Source: a bacterium
GTDB taxonomy: Bacteria; Patescibacteriota; Minisyncoccia; Minisyncoccales; CG1-02-41-26
NCBI GenBank assembly: GCA_030603395.1
Contig: JAUVXX010000005.1
Location: forward strand, 885-64,884
Direction of reading: 5' to 3'
DNA length: 64,000 nt
Shown here: positions 42,887 through 54,555 of the stretch, piece by piece
Position numbering within the stretch: the first letter of the stretch is position 1
How the letters are laid out: the number at the start of each line of letters is the position of its first letter
Translations under genes and position numbers: made by a program
Notes under the pieces: generated by a model
Told to the model about the DNA's origin: nothing
What the model saw: the letters and a program-made list of their open reading frames with translations, nothing else
Databases searched by the model: none

Positions 42887-43474
42887 TTACTCGCCCTTCA
42901 AAAAATCTAAATTTTTTGGTATTTTCTTTAAAGGTTTTTCAAATCTCAACTTCGGTACGTTTTTATAATTTCCATTCTTCAACCAGCCGGATTTGGTGAA
43001 ATAATAACAAGCTCCCCCCAATTTTTCAAATAAATCATAGCGAGATTGGCATTTTTCAGCCACCCAATTTGCCAGCTTTAAAGTTTTCTTTGAGGGATTT
43101 ATGGTCAGATGACCACAGTACGGAGGAATTACTGCTACCTCTCCCTTACTTGCTCTTATCGCATAAACATCTTTTATCTTGTTTCCTTCTCTCCTTTGCA
43201 TTAAAAAGATTGCCGTTCCCTCCAAAACAATATAAATTTCCCCGAACTTTCCCAAATGCTCGTGTCCCTTTGTTTTAACGAATTCTTTTCCCAGCATTTG
43301 AGAGGGAATGATGGTAACGTCGTATCTTAAACCATCTTTCTTCTTTAACCCACGATACATGTAATAGAGTTCAAGATTGGGAGCTTTTTTTGCCCATTTT
43401 CTGTCGTAAAGAACTTCTCTCATGTCATCCAAATAGCGGACATCGGGTTTTTTACTCTTCAAATTTATTTCCAT
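42887..43474 (-). CDS. Cupin-type (archaeal-like) glucose-6-phosphate isomerase family protein
   Basis: LYYMYR, RYDVT, EFVKTKGHEH, EIY, IPPYCGHLTIN; start likely ATG 43474. Confidence 0.82.
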   Translation of the reverse strand: MEINLKSKKPDVRYLDDMREVLYDRKWAKKAPNLELYYMYRGLKKKDGLRYDVTIIPSQMLGKEFVKTKGHEHLGKFGEIYIVLEGTAIFLMQRREGNKIKDVYAIRASKGEVAVIPPYCGHLTINPSKKTLKLANWVAEKCQSRYDLFEKLGGACYYFTKSGWLKNGNYKNVPKLRFEKPLKKIPKNLDFLKGE

Positions 43475-45480
43475 ACCCTCTTTGTTTTTATGTACCATTC
43501 CTCAATGCCGGTGAATCTTTTGGCTGGTTCAGTTATTTTTTCTACACTGTAGCCCTTTATTTTCGGTGAAAGAAAATAGAGATAATCAGTTCTCACTAAA
43601 AAGATGGCAGGCAAATCTTCGAGCAAGATATTTTGGAATTCTTCTAAATTTTCTTTACGTTCTCTGGCATCAGAAGTTTGGCGGGCTGCCTCCAAAAGTT
43701 TATCAGTTTCCTTGGACTCGTACGAAGCAATGTTTAACCCAGGATGTCCTTTTTGGCTTGAATGCCAAAAGGGGAAAGGGTCTGGCACGGAGCTCAAGGC
43801 CTCTCCAAAAAGCAACAGCTCAAAGTTTCTCTTAGCCAGAACATCAGTTTGAAACTCTGCCAGAGAAACTTTTTTAATCTCCACTTCAGCCCCCAGAGCT
43901 TCCCAGTTCCTCTTCAAAACTTCAGCTATTTGAACTAAAGGAAATTTATCGCTGGTGCTTAAGGTGAATTTTAAAGGGATAACTTCTTCGGCTTGCTCAT
44001 CAACACAGATTTGGTTAAGTTTTTTTCTGGTCATTGCCTTGACGTCTCCGGTGCCCTTGCTTAATCCTATGGGAGTTAAAATTTCAGAGGCATATTTTTC
44101 TTGAAAGCGAATGACCGCCGCCCTGGTTTTTTTACCAAAATAACCGGTAATTTCTCCTTCGGGATAAACTTCTTTGTCTCTGGCTAAGCATTCTTGAAGT
44201 TCTCTAACGTCTTCACCTTCACTGCCTGGAACCAAATTTCTTTTGAAAAGAAGAGAGATTTCCCTGATAACAATTTTTTCCCTCTGGCCGGTCTCTGGGT
44301 TAATTTTAAATCCCTGTTCCTCTAAAATCTCTTTGGCTTCCTCAACGTCAAATTGGTAAATTTTACTGGGAGCAGCAAAACCAAAAAATTCTGGCAAAAT
44401 AGGGGAGGTAACTACTTCTCCTTTACTCAAGAAAACGTCTCGCAAAATTTCATCTTTATTTAAAGCCAATCTCAAGGCCTCTCTTAGAGATTTTTCTTTA
44501 AAAAGGCCCTCTTGTTTGAGATTGAAAAAAACAGCAAAATATCTTGGCAGAGAAAGAAAGTACCCTTCAAAGTTCTTTTCGGTGCTTAAGTCAAAATTTT
44601 TGGGGTCAGTGATGGAAAATCCCTGAATTTCCCCGACCTGGGCTTGAGAGATGACTTCTTCTGCATCTTGAAAAAACAGAAAAGAAATTTCCTCTAAATA
44701 GGGTTTTTTGCCCCAGAACTTTTCGTTTCTCTCTAAAGTCAATTCCCTGACGTAGCCCGATTTGTCCTGAGTTATTTTTTTAAATTTAAAGGGTCCAGAG
44801 CCAATTAAATATTTTTCTGAGACCAACTCCCAGGGTAAGTTTTGGGGAGCCAGGTCTTCAAAAATATGCTTGGGAACTATTTTCAGGGAAAGGTTTTCCA
44901 AAAAACCGGCATATTTTTCGGGTAAACGGAAACGAATCCCTTTTTCTGAAATTTTTTCCACCCTCACTCCGAACCACTTAATTCTTAAAGGGCTTTGATA
45001 TTGGGGATCCTGAATTAAATCAATGGTAAAAATAACATCGCCCGACGTTAAAGGTTCCCCATCGTGCCAGAAAATATTATCTCGGAGAAGAACCTCAAAA
45101 ACCTTTCCCTCTTCTTTAATCTCGAAACTGGCTGCTAAATCTTCTATGAGCTCTCCCTTCTCATTATATCTCATTAACCCGGAGAACAATACTTCAACTA
45201 AATCCCTGTCCACGTCTTGAGTGGAGAGGTAAATGGGGTTGATAAATCTTGGCTGGCCGACCAATCCCTCTCGGTAAACGCCACCGAAGGCGGGAGCCAC
45301 TTCGGTGTTTTTGAAATAAAAGTTCAGATTAAGAAAGATTCCTGAGATGATAACCAAAAAGAAGAGAAGAAAAAAGATTGTTTTTTCTTTTCTGCTGAGT
45401 ACCTTAAAAAACCGTTCCCATTGCCGGAGGGAAGGGAAAAATCGTTTCAATCCTTTGAAAAATTTTAGGAGATATTTCAA
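43465..45480 (-). CDS. Family 5 (peptide/nickel) ABC substrate-binding protein with an inserted peptidoglycan-binding domain
   Basis: GQPRFINP, WHDGEPLTSGDVIFT, GSGPFKF; insert GSEGEDVRELQ...GYFGKKTRAAVIRFQ. Confidence 0.85.
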   Translation of the reverse strand: MKYLLKFFKGLKRFFPSLRQWERFFKVLSRKEKTIFFLLFFLVIISGIFLNLNFYFKNTEVAPAFGGVYREGLVGQPRFINPIYLSTQDVDRDLVEVLFSGLMRYNEKGELIEDLAASFEIKEEGKVFEVLLRDNIFWHDGEPLTSGDVIFTIDLIQDPQYQSPLRIKWFGVRVEKISEKGIRFRLPEKYAGFLENLSLKIVPKHIFEDLAPQNLPWELVSEKYLIGSGPFKFKKITQDKSGYVRELTLERNEKFWGKKPYLEEISFLFFQDAEEVISQAQVGEIQGFSITDPKNFDLSTEKNFEGYFLSLPRYFAVFFNLKQEGLFKEKSLREALRLALNKDEILRDVFLSKGEVVTSPILPEFFGFAAPSKIYQFDVEEAKEILEEQGFKINPETGQREKIVIREISLLFKRNLVPGSEGEDVRELQECLARDKEVYPEGEITGYFGKKTRAAVIRFQEKYASEILTPIGLSKGTGDVKAMTRKKLNQICVDEQAEEVIPLKFTLSTSDKFPLVQIAEVLKRNWEALGAEVEIKKVSLAEFQTDVLAKRNFELLLFGEALSSVPDPFPFWHSSQKGHPGLNIASYESKETDKLLEAARQTSDARERKENLEEFQNILLEDLPAIFLVRTDYLYFLSPKIKGYSVEKITEPAKRFTGIEEWYIKTKRVWK

Positions 45481-45484
45481 AAAT

Positions 45485-45700
45485 TTAGATAATGAGATTG
45501 AATAAAGAGATAACTAAAAACGAAACAGCCAAAGCAACGGTACTCCAGAAGATTTTCTTCTCAAGTCCTCTTCTTTTAAGATAAAAACCACCCTCACCTC
45601 CAAAGACCGAGCCCAGAGCCGTTCCTCTTTGTTGAAGGAGAATTAACACAATCAAAAGAACGGGTATAATAATTTGAGCGAAAAATAAGATTTGTTTCAT
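45485..45700 (-). CDS. secG: Preprotein translocase subunit SecG
   Basis: ILLQQRGTALGSVFGG...RRGLEK, two TM segments. Confidence 0.9.
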   Translation of the reverse strand: MKQILFFAQIIIPVLLIVLILLQQRGTALGSVFGGEGGFYLKRRGLEKKIFWSTVALAVSFLVISLFNLII

Positions 45701-45702
45701 AG

Positions 45703-46074
45703 CTATTGAATTTCCTTTAGCTTGGGTCGTCTTCTTCTAACAAGTAAGCTCAGGAGCCAAACAATAAGTCCTGCCCAGAAAAGCGCTCCCAAACCTTCGA
45801 TGGTTAACTTAGGAAAAAAGATATCCACCAGCCAAACCATACCCATATTCACCACTAAACCAAAAAGTCCGAAGGTGAGCAATCTTAAGGGAAAGGTAAT
45901 GAGGTTGACAATTGGTTTAATAAAAAAATTGACCAGCCCCAAAAAAACTCCAGCAAAAAATAAGATTTTAATTTGTTCTCCAAAACTTCCCTGGGCTTCC
46001 ACCCCGGGAACAAGCAAGGTCGCCAGATAAAGAGCCAAAAAGCCAACAATGATGTGGCCGAGAAATCGTTTCAT
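45703..46074 (-). CDS. 4-TM phage-holin-like membrane protein (YvlD/DUF360 family)
   Basis: GLVNFFIKPIV.LITFPL.LLTFGLF.LVVN motif. Confidence 0.85.
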   Translation of the reverse strand: MKRFLGHIIVGFLALYLATLLVPGVEAQGSFGEQIKILFFAGVFLGLVNFFIKPIVNLITFPLRLLTFGLFGLVVNMGMVWLVDIFFPKLTIEGLGALFWAGLIVWLLSLLVRRRRPKLKEIQ

Positions 46075-46086
46075 TTGTTTATCTTA

Positions 46087-47415
46087 CTAAGATTTATCTC
46101 TTAAGTCAATAAGTTGTAGTTTTCGATGATATTTTATGGCGAAGCGGTGAGCTTCATCTCTGATGTGTAAAAGCAAGTTGGAAATTTCCTGAGGAAGATT
46201 TTTTAACAAAATTGGTCTTTTCCGACCTTCAATATAAAGTTCATTTTTTCTTTTGGCTAAAGCTAAGACGCTGATAGACGCTGATAGACGCTGATAATGC
46301 TGATTTAGAATATTTATAGCTGCGTTCAACTGAGCTTTTCCTCCATCAATAAGCATTACCTGGGGAAATTTCCATTCCGGGTGATTGAAGCGGCGGGAAA
46401 TTATCTCTTTTAACATGGCGATATCATTCGGCTCTTTTAAAATTTTTATCTTGAATTTCCGATATTCCTTTTTGTCAGGTTCTCCCTTTTCAAAAACTAT
46501 CATTGCCCCGGTGGCCTTTTTTCCTTGAATATTGGAAACATCATAACCCTCAATTCTTAAGATTTTCTTTTTTACGCCCAAAATCTTTTTAAGGAGTTTC
46601 TCAATTTCTGGCCAGTTTTTCGGTGCTGGCTCAACCAAACCTTGAAAAACTCGAGCCTGCTCAAAAACATTGTTCAGGGCCTCAATTTGGTCTCGCAATC
46701 TGGCTGCTCTTTCAAACTCCTGTTTTTGAGAAGATTTTTTCATTTCTCTTTTTAAATCAATCAGGACTTGAGTTTTCTTTCCCTGAAGGACTTTTATTAA
46801 ATTCTTTGTATTTCTTTGCGACTCTCTTTTAATTTTTCCCTTCAATCCCGGGAGTTGCTTGGCTAAGCTAAGCAACAGGGTGCACGGTCCCGGGCAACGA
46901 TTGAGCTGGTACCAGAGGCAAGCTCTCTTAGGAATTCTTTTGCAAGAGCGATAGGGGAAAGCTCGGCGTAGAATTTTTAGGGTCGCTTTCAATGCTTTAC
47001 CGTCAACAAACGGCCCCAGGTAGTTAGTTTTTAGTTTATAGTGAGTAGTTGATAGTTTTGTCTGGTGGGTGATAAATATCCTCGGGAAATCTTCCTTGGT
47101 TATTCCCACAAAAAAATAATTCTTGTCATCTCGCCACAAAATATTGAATTTGGGCTGCTTTTCTTTGATTAAATTTGCTTCCAAAATTAAGGCCTCAATC
47201 TCTGAGTCGGTTTTAAGATAGCCGATTTTTTTAACGTCTCCGATAAAAAGCTTGTCTCGGAAGCCATTCTTGCGAAAATGATTTTTCACCCTTTCTCTAA
47301 TGTTGCCAGCTTTACCAATATACAGAATTTCTCGCCCTCTTTTAAAAAGATAAACCCCCGGTGCTTTGGGCAGAGAAGAAACTTTCTTTTTATCCAAGTA
47401 CCTAAACCTTGCCAT
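46087..47415 (-). CDS. uvrC: Excinuclease ABC subunit C, lacking the C-terminal HhH domain
   Basis: GVY..YIGKA GIY-YIG domain, UVR (EFERAARLRD), IEGYDVS, IDGGKAQ, RDEAHRFA. Confidence 0.9.
   Translation of the reverse strand: MARFRYLDKKKVSSLPKAPGVYLFKRGREILYIGKAGNIRERVKNHFRKNGFRDKLFIGDVKKIGYLKTDSEIEALILEANLIKEKQPKFNILWRDDKNYFFVGITKEDFPRIFITHQTKLSTTHYKLKTNYLGPFVDGKALKATLKILRRAFPYRSCKRIPKRACLWYQLNRCPGPCTLLLSLAKQLPGLKGKIKRESQRNTKNLIKVLQGKKTQVLIDLKREMKKSSQKQEFERAARLRDQIEALNNVFEQARVFQGLVEPAPKNWPEIEKLLKKILGVKKKILRIEGYDVSNIQGKKATGAMIVFEKGEPDKKEYRKFKIKILKEPNDIAMLKEIISRRFNHPEWKFPQVMLIDGGKAQLNAAINILNQHYQRLSASISVLALAKRKNELYIEGRKRPILLKNLPQEISNLLLHIRDEAHRFAIKYHRKLQLIDLRDKS
46267..46304. repeat. Intragenic (GACGCTGATA)3 repeat in uvrC
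   Basis: Three perfect 10-mers plus a partial unit. Confidence 0.88.
47021..47059. repeat. Intragenic TAGT-core repeat with 7-nt period in uvrC
   Basis: TAGT at 47025, 47032, 47039, 47046 and 47053. Confidence 0.7.
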
Positions 47416-47445
47416 AACTCCTTTATTTTACTATAATAGATATTT

Positions 47446-50250
47446 ATGGCAAAGGACTACATAAAAATTCGACGGGCCAGGGTTCACAACTTGAAGAATA
47501 TTAATCTGGATATTCCCAAGAATAAACTGGTGGTTATTACCGGCGTTTCGGGTTCGGGTAAATCATCTCTGGCTTTTGATACTTTGTATGCTGAGGGCCA
47601 AAGAAGATATGTTGAGAGCTTATCAGCCTATGCCAGGCAATTTTTGGGAGTAATGCAAAAACCAGACGTTGATAAAATTGAAGGAATCTCACCAGCCATT
47701 TCCATTGACCAAAGAAAAGCCAGCCACAATCCCCGTTCCACTGTTGGCACCATGACCGAGATTTACGATTACTTAAGGGTGCTTTTTGCCAGAATCGGCA
47801 TTCCCCATTGTCCAAAATGCAGCAGAAAGGTTTCTCGCCAGACGGTTGACCAAATAGTTGAGCAGATTTTAGACATGCGAAAGGATAAGCACGAAGTGCT
47901 CATTTTGGGTCCGGTGGTTCGGGGCAGAAAAGGGGAGCATCGGGCCATCTTGGAAGAAATTGAAAGAGCGGGTTTTGTCAGGGTGAGAATTGATGGTCAC
48001 GTTCAGAGGATTGAAGAGGCGCTGACCGGGACTCTTAGCAGAAATAAAAAACACCATATTGAAGTGGTGGTTGACAGGTTAATCATAGAAGAGGGCTTAG
48101 AAAAATCCCGCTTGGTTGATTCAGTGGAAACCGCCTTGAAGTTAGGTAAGGGATTGATGATGGTAGATGGTTTGCTCTTCAGTGAGCATTTTGCTTGTGA
48201 ATATTGTGGAATTTCTTTGCCGGAACTTGAGCCTCGTCTCTTCTCCTTTAACTCGCCCTACGGAGCTTGTTCTGGCTGTCAGGGCTTGGGTAAAAAATTG
48301 GAAGTTGACCCCAAGTTAGTCATTCCCAACGAGAACTTATCAATTAGTGAGGGAGCAATTTTCCCCTGGGCTCACGCTTCGCATAAGGTTGGCCGTCAGA
48401 GCTATTTCTGGTGGCAGCTTCAGGACTTGGCTGCCGAGCATAACTTTTCTTTAGACACCCCGGTTAAAAATTTACCCCAAAAGGTTTTAGACCTTATTTT
48501 CAATGGCGATGATAATTTTGAAGGGGTAATTCCCAATCTTGAGAGAAAATATTGGGAAACGGAGTCGGACGCCACCAGAGAGGAGATTAAAAAATATATG
48601 AGAGAGAGGAAATGCGAGAAGTGTCAGGGGAAAAGATTGAAACTGGAGGCCTTGGCAGTGAAGGTGGCCGGGAAATCAATTGATAAAATAGTCGAGATGG
48701 AGATAGTCAAGGCCAAGGAATTTTTTGAAAAATTGGACAGACAAATACTTGGTGAATCAAAATTTAAAATTGCTCAAGACCTTTTAAAAGAGATTATTTC
48801 AAGATTACAATTCTTGAATGATGTTGGCTTGGATTATTTAACTTTATCAAGAGAAGCGGAAACCCTGGCTGGGGGAGAGGAGCAGAGAACTCGCTTAGCC
48901 ACCCAGATTGGTTCAAAATTGACCGGAGTTTTATATATTTTAGATGAACCCTCGGTTGGCTTACATGCCAGAGACCAAGCCAGATTGATTGAAACCTTGA
49001 AAAAGCTAAGAGATTTAGGAAATACAGTGGTCTTGACTGAGCATGATTATCAAACTATTCGCGAAACTGACTTTGTAATTGATATTGGTCCTGGGGCTGG
49101 CAAGCATGGCGGTAAGATTATTTTTGAGGGAACACCAAAGCAGCTTCTTCATTCGCATACCTTAACTGGAGATTATCTGGCAGGGAGAAGAAAGGTGACG
49201 GTCGAAGACCGTCATCCTGAGGAGCGAGGCGACGAAGGATCTAATAAAACCCAAAAAAACTATTTGGTTATCAAAAAAGCGACTGAGCACAATTTAAAAA
49301 ATATTGACGTTAGAATTCCTTTGGGTAAATTTGTTGGGGTGACCGGGGTTTCAGGTTCTGGTAAAAGCAGTTTGGTCCGAGACATCATTGCTCGAGCCTT
49401 GTATCAAAAATTCTATCACTCAAAGGAGGAACCCGGTAAACACCAAAAGATTTTGGGGACTGAATTTTTGGACAAAGTAGCCCTGGTGGACCAATCGCCT
49501 ATTGGCAGAACTCCCAGAAGCAATCCGGCAACTTATACCGGTAATTTCAGTTATATCAGAGACCTTTTTGCCAGAACCAAAGAAGCAAGAATTAAGGGTT
49601 ATCTTCCCGGAAGATTCAGCTTTAATGTTAAAGGTGGAAGGTGTGAGGCCTGTGAAGGTCAGGGACTCCGCAAGATTGAAATGTATTTTTTGCCCGACGT
49701 TTATGTCCAATGCCAGGAATGTAAAGGTAAGAGATACAACAAAGAGACCTTAGAAATTGAGTACAAGGGGAAAAATATTGCTGAGGTTTTGGAAATGACG
49801 GTTGAGGAAGCCCTGAAATTTTTTGAAAACATCCCCGGACTGCGCTACAAATTAAAAACTTTATCTGAGGTAGGGCTCGGCTATATTGAACTCGGGCAGC
49901 CCGCTCCCTCTTTGTCGGGCGGGGAAGCTCAAAGAGTAAAATTAGCTACCGAACTTTCCAGAAAATCAACCGGTAAAACCTTATATATTTTAGACGAGCC
50001 AACCACTGGTTTGCATCCCCATGACATCAAAAAATTAATTTTTGTTTTAAAAAGTTTAGTTGATAAAGGAAACACGGTTCTTTCCACGGAACACAATCTC
50101 GATTTTATTAGGAACACGAACTGGATTTTAGATCTCGGTCCCGAGGGAGGGGCTCAAGGCGGCTATATCGTTGCTGAGGGCACTCCTGAAAAAATAGCTA
50201 AAAACAAAAAAAGCTACACCGGTCAATATCTAAAGAAATATCTTGCTTGA
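47446..50250 (+). CDS. uvrA: Excinuclease ABC subunit A
   Basis: Two GVSGSGKSS motifs, Zn fingers, [13 protein letters not shown]. Confidence 0.98.
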   Translation: MAKDYIKIRRARVHNLKNINLDIPKNKLVVITGVSGSGKSSLAFDTLYAEGQRRYVESLSAYARQFLGVMQKPDVDKIEGISPAISIDQRKASHNPRSTVGTMTEIYDYLRVLFARIGIPHCPKCSRKVSRQTVDQIVEQILDMRKDKHEVLILGPVVRGRKGEHRAILEEIERAGFVRVRIDGHVQRIEEALTGTLSRNKKHHIEVVVDRLIIEEGLEKSRLVDSVETALKLGKGLMMVDGLLFSEHFACEYCGISLPELEPRLFSFNSPYGACSGCQGLGKKLEVDPKLVIPNENLSISEGAIFPWAHASHKVGRQSYFWWQLQDLAAEHNFSLDTPVKNLPQKVLDLIFNGDDNFEGVIPNLERKYWETESDATREEIKKYMRERKCEKCQGKRLKLEALAVKVAGKSIDKIVEMEIVKAKEFFEKLDRQILGESKFKIAQDLLKEIISRLQFLNDVGLDYLTLSREAETLAGGEEQRTRLATQIGSKLTGVLYILDEPSVGLHARDQARLIETLKKLRDLGNTVVLTEHDYQTIRETDFVIDIGPGAGKHGGKIIFEGTPKQLLHSHTLTGDYLAGRRKVTVEDRHPEERGDEGSNKTQKNYLVIKKATEHNLKNIDVRIPLGKFVGVTGVSGSGKSSLVRDIIARALYQKFYHSKEEPGKHQKILGTEFLDKVALVDQSPIGRTPRSNPATYTGNFSYIRDLFARTKEARIKGYLPGRFSFNVKGGRCEACEGQGLRKIEMYFLPDVYVQCQECKGKRYNKETLEIEYKGKNIAEVLEMTVEEALKFFENIPGLRYKLKTLSEVGLGYIELGQPAPSLSGGEAQRVKLATELSRKSTGKTLYILDEPTTGLHPHDIKKLIFVLKSLVDKGNTVLSTEHNLDFIRNTNWILDLGPEGGAQGGYIVAEGTPEKIAKNKKSYTGQYLKKYLA
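49211..49242. repeat. In-frame REP-like tandem-G.A hairpin in the uvrA interdomain linker
   Basis: GTC-ATCCT-GAG-GAGCGAGGCGA-CGA-AGGAT-CT. Confidence 0.75.
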
Positions 50251-50282
50251 CAAAAATTTTCTTGTGATTAAGATAGATTTAT

Positions 50283-52192
<1,910 letters not shown>

Positions 52193-52212
52193 ATTTTAAA
52201 TTTCTCTCTACT

Positions 52213-52248
52213 AAAAACTCTCCCGAGATGATCGGGAGAGTTTTTTTT
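52213..52248. terminator. Bidirectional intrinsic terminator after groEL
   Basis: aaaaactctcccga-gatga-tcgggagagttttttt. Confidence 0.85.
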
Positions 52249-52265
52249 GGTTAATTTATCCGCTC

Positions 52266-52541
52266 TTATCCTTTAACCCTTTGAACTTTTACTTCTACCT
52301 CTTGAAGGCCTATCTCTCCCTTAACACCTAAATGACTGAAATCCAATCTTTTGCGACATCGGGGGCAATAAAGCTCGAGAGAATCCTCCTTGTCCGCCAA
52401 TTTTGCTGAGATGATTTTATCGAGATGGTCTTTTACAACTCCATTCAGCGAAGCACCACAGGATTCACAACTATACCAGGAGTGCCCCAATTCTCTTTCA
52501 ATCTTGACACGTGTTGTTTCTTCTTTTATTTTTCTTCTCAT
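52266..52541 (-). CDS. Small hypothetical Zn-ribbon protein
   Basis: CESC...CPRC; AAAGGAG ribosome-binding site and TTGACA-17-TAATTT upstream. Confidence 0.65.
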   Translation of the reverse strand: MRRKIKEETTRVKIERELGHSWYSCESCGASLNGVVKDHLDKIISAKLADKEDSLELYCPRCRKRLDFSHLGVKGEIGLQEVEVKVQRVKG

Positions 52542-52699
52542 CTTTTATTCTCCTTTCAAAGAACTTTTAGTAGTAAATTAACAGATATCTCTGTTTTTGT
52601 CAAAGAAAGCATAAGGTTAGAATAAAAAAATGCCCAGCGACGGGCTTTTTCTAAAAGGGAACAGGCGACTCTACTTAAGAGTAGGGCCGCCTATTGAAT

Positions 52700-53314
52700 T
52701 CATATTCTTTCTCTCACCTTTTTGGCAGCATCTATAAAGGGGATGGAGAGAAAGTATGCCATTGCTATCGGCAAAACCGCCATCCAGAGCATGACAAACA
52801 AAACCTCCCCCTTAACATTTCCATACTCTCTCTTCAGTTTTTCCAATCCTGAGGCCTTTTCCCTCCCTTCATTGATGAGTAAAATCTTCAGGAATTCTAT
52901 TATAACTATGTAGAAAACAAATCCAGAAATGACATCCTTTGCCCAATTCGGTATAAGAGTGCCGGGAAGCATCCTAATTCCTATCATCCCTATCAGACCA
53001 AGTGTGAGACCAACAGATTGAAGGAAGAATTTTTTTCCTTTCACAAATGCCCTAAGTGTTTCTTTTACCCCCTCCTTTACAAAGAGATAACCTATTTCTG
53101 CAGCGGCTACGATTAATATGGCTGGCAGAAAAAGCTGGGAAGATATTATATCCAGAGATACCAGCAACATAATTACTATCAGAGCCACACTAATGAGCAG
53201 AAAGTATAAAAAACTTCCTCTTTTCCCCTTTGGTCTTGAACGAATTTCTTTTCCTCCACAGTAAACAGAAGCAACCAAAGCTAATCCAAGGAAAATCGCA
53301 AACGGAATATTCAT
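52700..53314 (-). CDS. Hypothetical multi-pass membrane protein
   Basis: About 6 hydrophobic segments; AAGGAGGT ribosome-binding site. Confidence 0.7.
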   Translation of the reverse strand: MNIPFAIFLGLALVASVYCGGKEIRSRPKGKRGSFLYFLLISVALIVIMLLVSLDIISSQLFLPAILIVAAAEIGYLFVKEGVKETLRAFVKGKKFFLQSVGLTLGLIGMIGIRMLPGTLIPNWAKDVISGFVFYIVIIEFLKILLINEGREKASGLEKLKREYGNVKGEVLFVMLWMAVLPIAMAYFLSIPFIDAAKKVRERI

Positions 53315-53396
53315 TTGTTAACCTCCTTTTTTGAGTTCTACTTTATCCTATAAAATCCCAAAAGAAAAAGCAAGCCCAAGATGAACTTGAAAAATC

Positions 53397-53963
53397 TCAA
53401 CTTCTTTTAGCGAGGCGTTTAATAAAGCTCTTTCTTCCAAATATAATCAAAAGAATAAAAAGGGCCACTAAAAATGCGACTGCATAGTAAATTCCTTTCT
53501 GAAAAGATATTCCACCAAAATAGTAGATTAAAAACATAATCGGAGCATTACCCAGCAATGACGAGAAGAAAAATTTTGAAGGACTGATTTTAGTTAGTCC
53601 TGCCGCATAACTTACATAATCAAATATTGGGCTGGTTGGTAACCTAATAGCAACCAGTGTCCAGAATTTCTTTTTTTCAGAGACAGTGCTTTCCCATTCT
53701 TGGACTTTTTGTAAAAAGGTAATCCGCTTTACTATCGGTTCTCTGAAGGTTCTGGCAATCCAAAAAGCAACCATGGCTCCTAACATAACACCAATTTCCG
53801 CATAGATAAATCCAAGGATTTTTCCAAAAGCGATAATGCCAATTACGTCAAAAACTATTCCGGGAATCGGTGGAATAATTGTAGATGTTGACCTGACAAT
53901 TATAAAAATAAAAGGTGCAACTATTTTATAATCTGAGAGTAATTGGACTAAAAATTCTTGCAT
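53397..53963 (-). CDS. TVP38/TMEM64 (VTT/DedA) family membrane protein
   Basis: IPPIPG, GAMVAFWIAR, RLPTSPIFDYVSYAAGL. Confidence 0.85.
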   Translation of the reverse strand: MQEFLVQLLSDYKIVAPFIFIIVRSTSTIIPPIPGIVFDVIGIIAFGKILGFIYAEIGVMLGAMVAFWIARTFREPIVKRITFLQKVQEWESTVSEKKKFWTLVAIRLPTSPIFDYVSYAAGLTKISPSKFFFSSLLGNAPIMFLIYYFGGISFQKGIYYAVAFLVALFILLIIFGRKSFIKRLAKRS

Positions 53964-54105
53964 ATTTTTCGATTATTTATGAATTCTTTATTCTACCAAA
54001 AAATCGCCTCCTTGGCGATAAATAAAAAATCCCTCTAAAATATTAAGGGTCAAAATAACGCGGGAGACAGAGAATCCATTAAATCTCTCTGTCCCCCCTT
54101 GCGTT

Positions 54106-54393
54106 TTACGATCCCTTTGATTTCCCCTTTTCTCTTTTGGGAACTTCCTTGGCCTCTTTTTCCTGTTCTTTAAGGGCTTGGATAGCTATACCTGCTATAG
54201 CTTGCTCTCCTGTTTTCTCTCCCGCTTTCTGAATAGCCTCAATCATTCCTGGGACAGCCTCTTTTGGGATTATTCCACCATGAATGTATATTCTTGCCAG
54301 GGTAACAAATCCATAAGCACCCAGGTTTGTAGAGAGTATCTCTTTAATCATTTCGTGAACAGGTTTTCTTTTCTTTTTTTGCTCCTCAGACAT
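54106..54393 (-). CDS. Hypothetical protein
   Basis: 95-aa ORF with GAAGGAGG ribosome-binding site, promoter-like motif and downstream hairpins. Confidence 0.65.
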   Translation of the reverse strand: MSEEQKKKRKPVHEMIKEILSTNLGAYGFVTLARIYIHGGIIPKEAVPGMIEAIQKAGEKTGEQAIAGIAIQALKEQEKEAKEVPKREKGKSKGS

Positions 54394-54555
54394 TTTCTCC
54401 CCTCCTTCTTAATTTAATCATTTCTTTCTAGAAGTTCTTGTGAAATTATTAAGATTTTCTATCTTGCCATACTTCAATAAAAAGGTCAAGCCCGTGTAAT
54501 GAGCTTTAATAGTGTTCAAGGTTTGATTATCTATCATCATTGTGATATTATAAAA

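Noticed and set aside
45703..46074. Holin-like gene as evidence of a prophage
   Set aside because: The YvlD/DUF360 family is usually chromosomal, and no phage genes are nearby.
46267..46304. Tandem repeats considered as a CRISPR array
   Set aside because: Units are 7-10 nt, contiguous, without spacers and inside ORFs; no cas genes are present.
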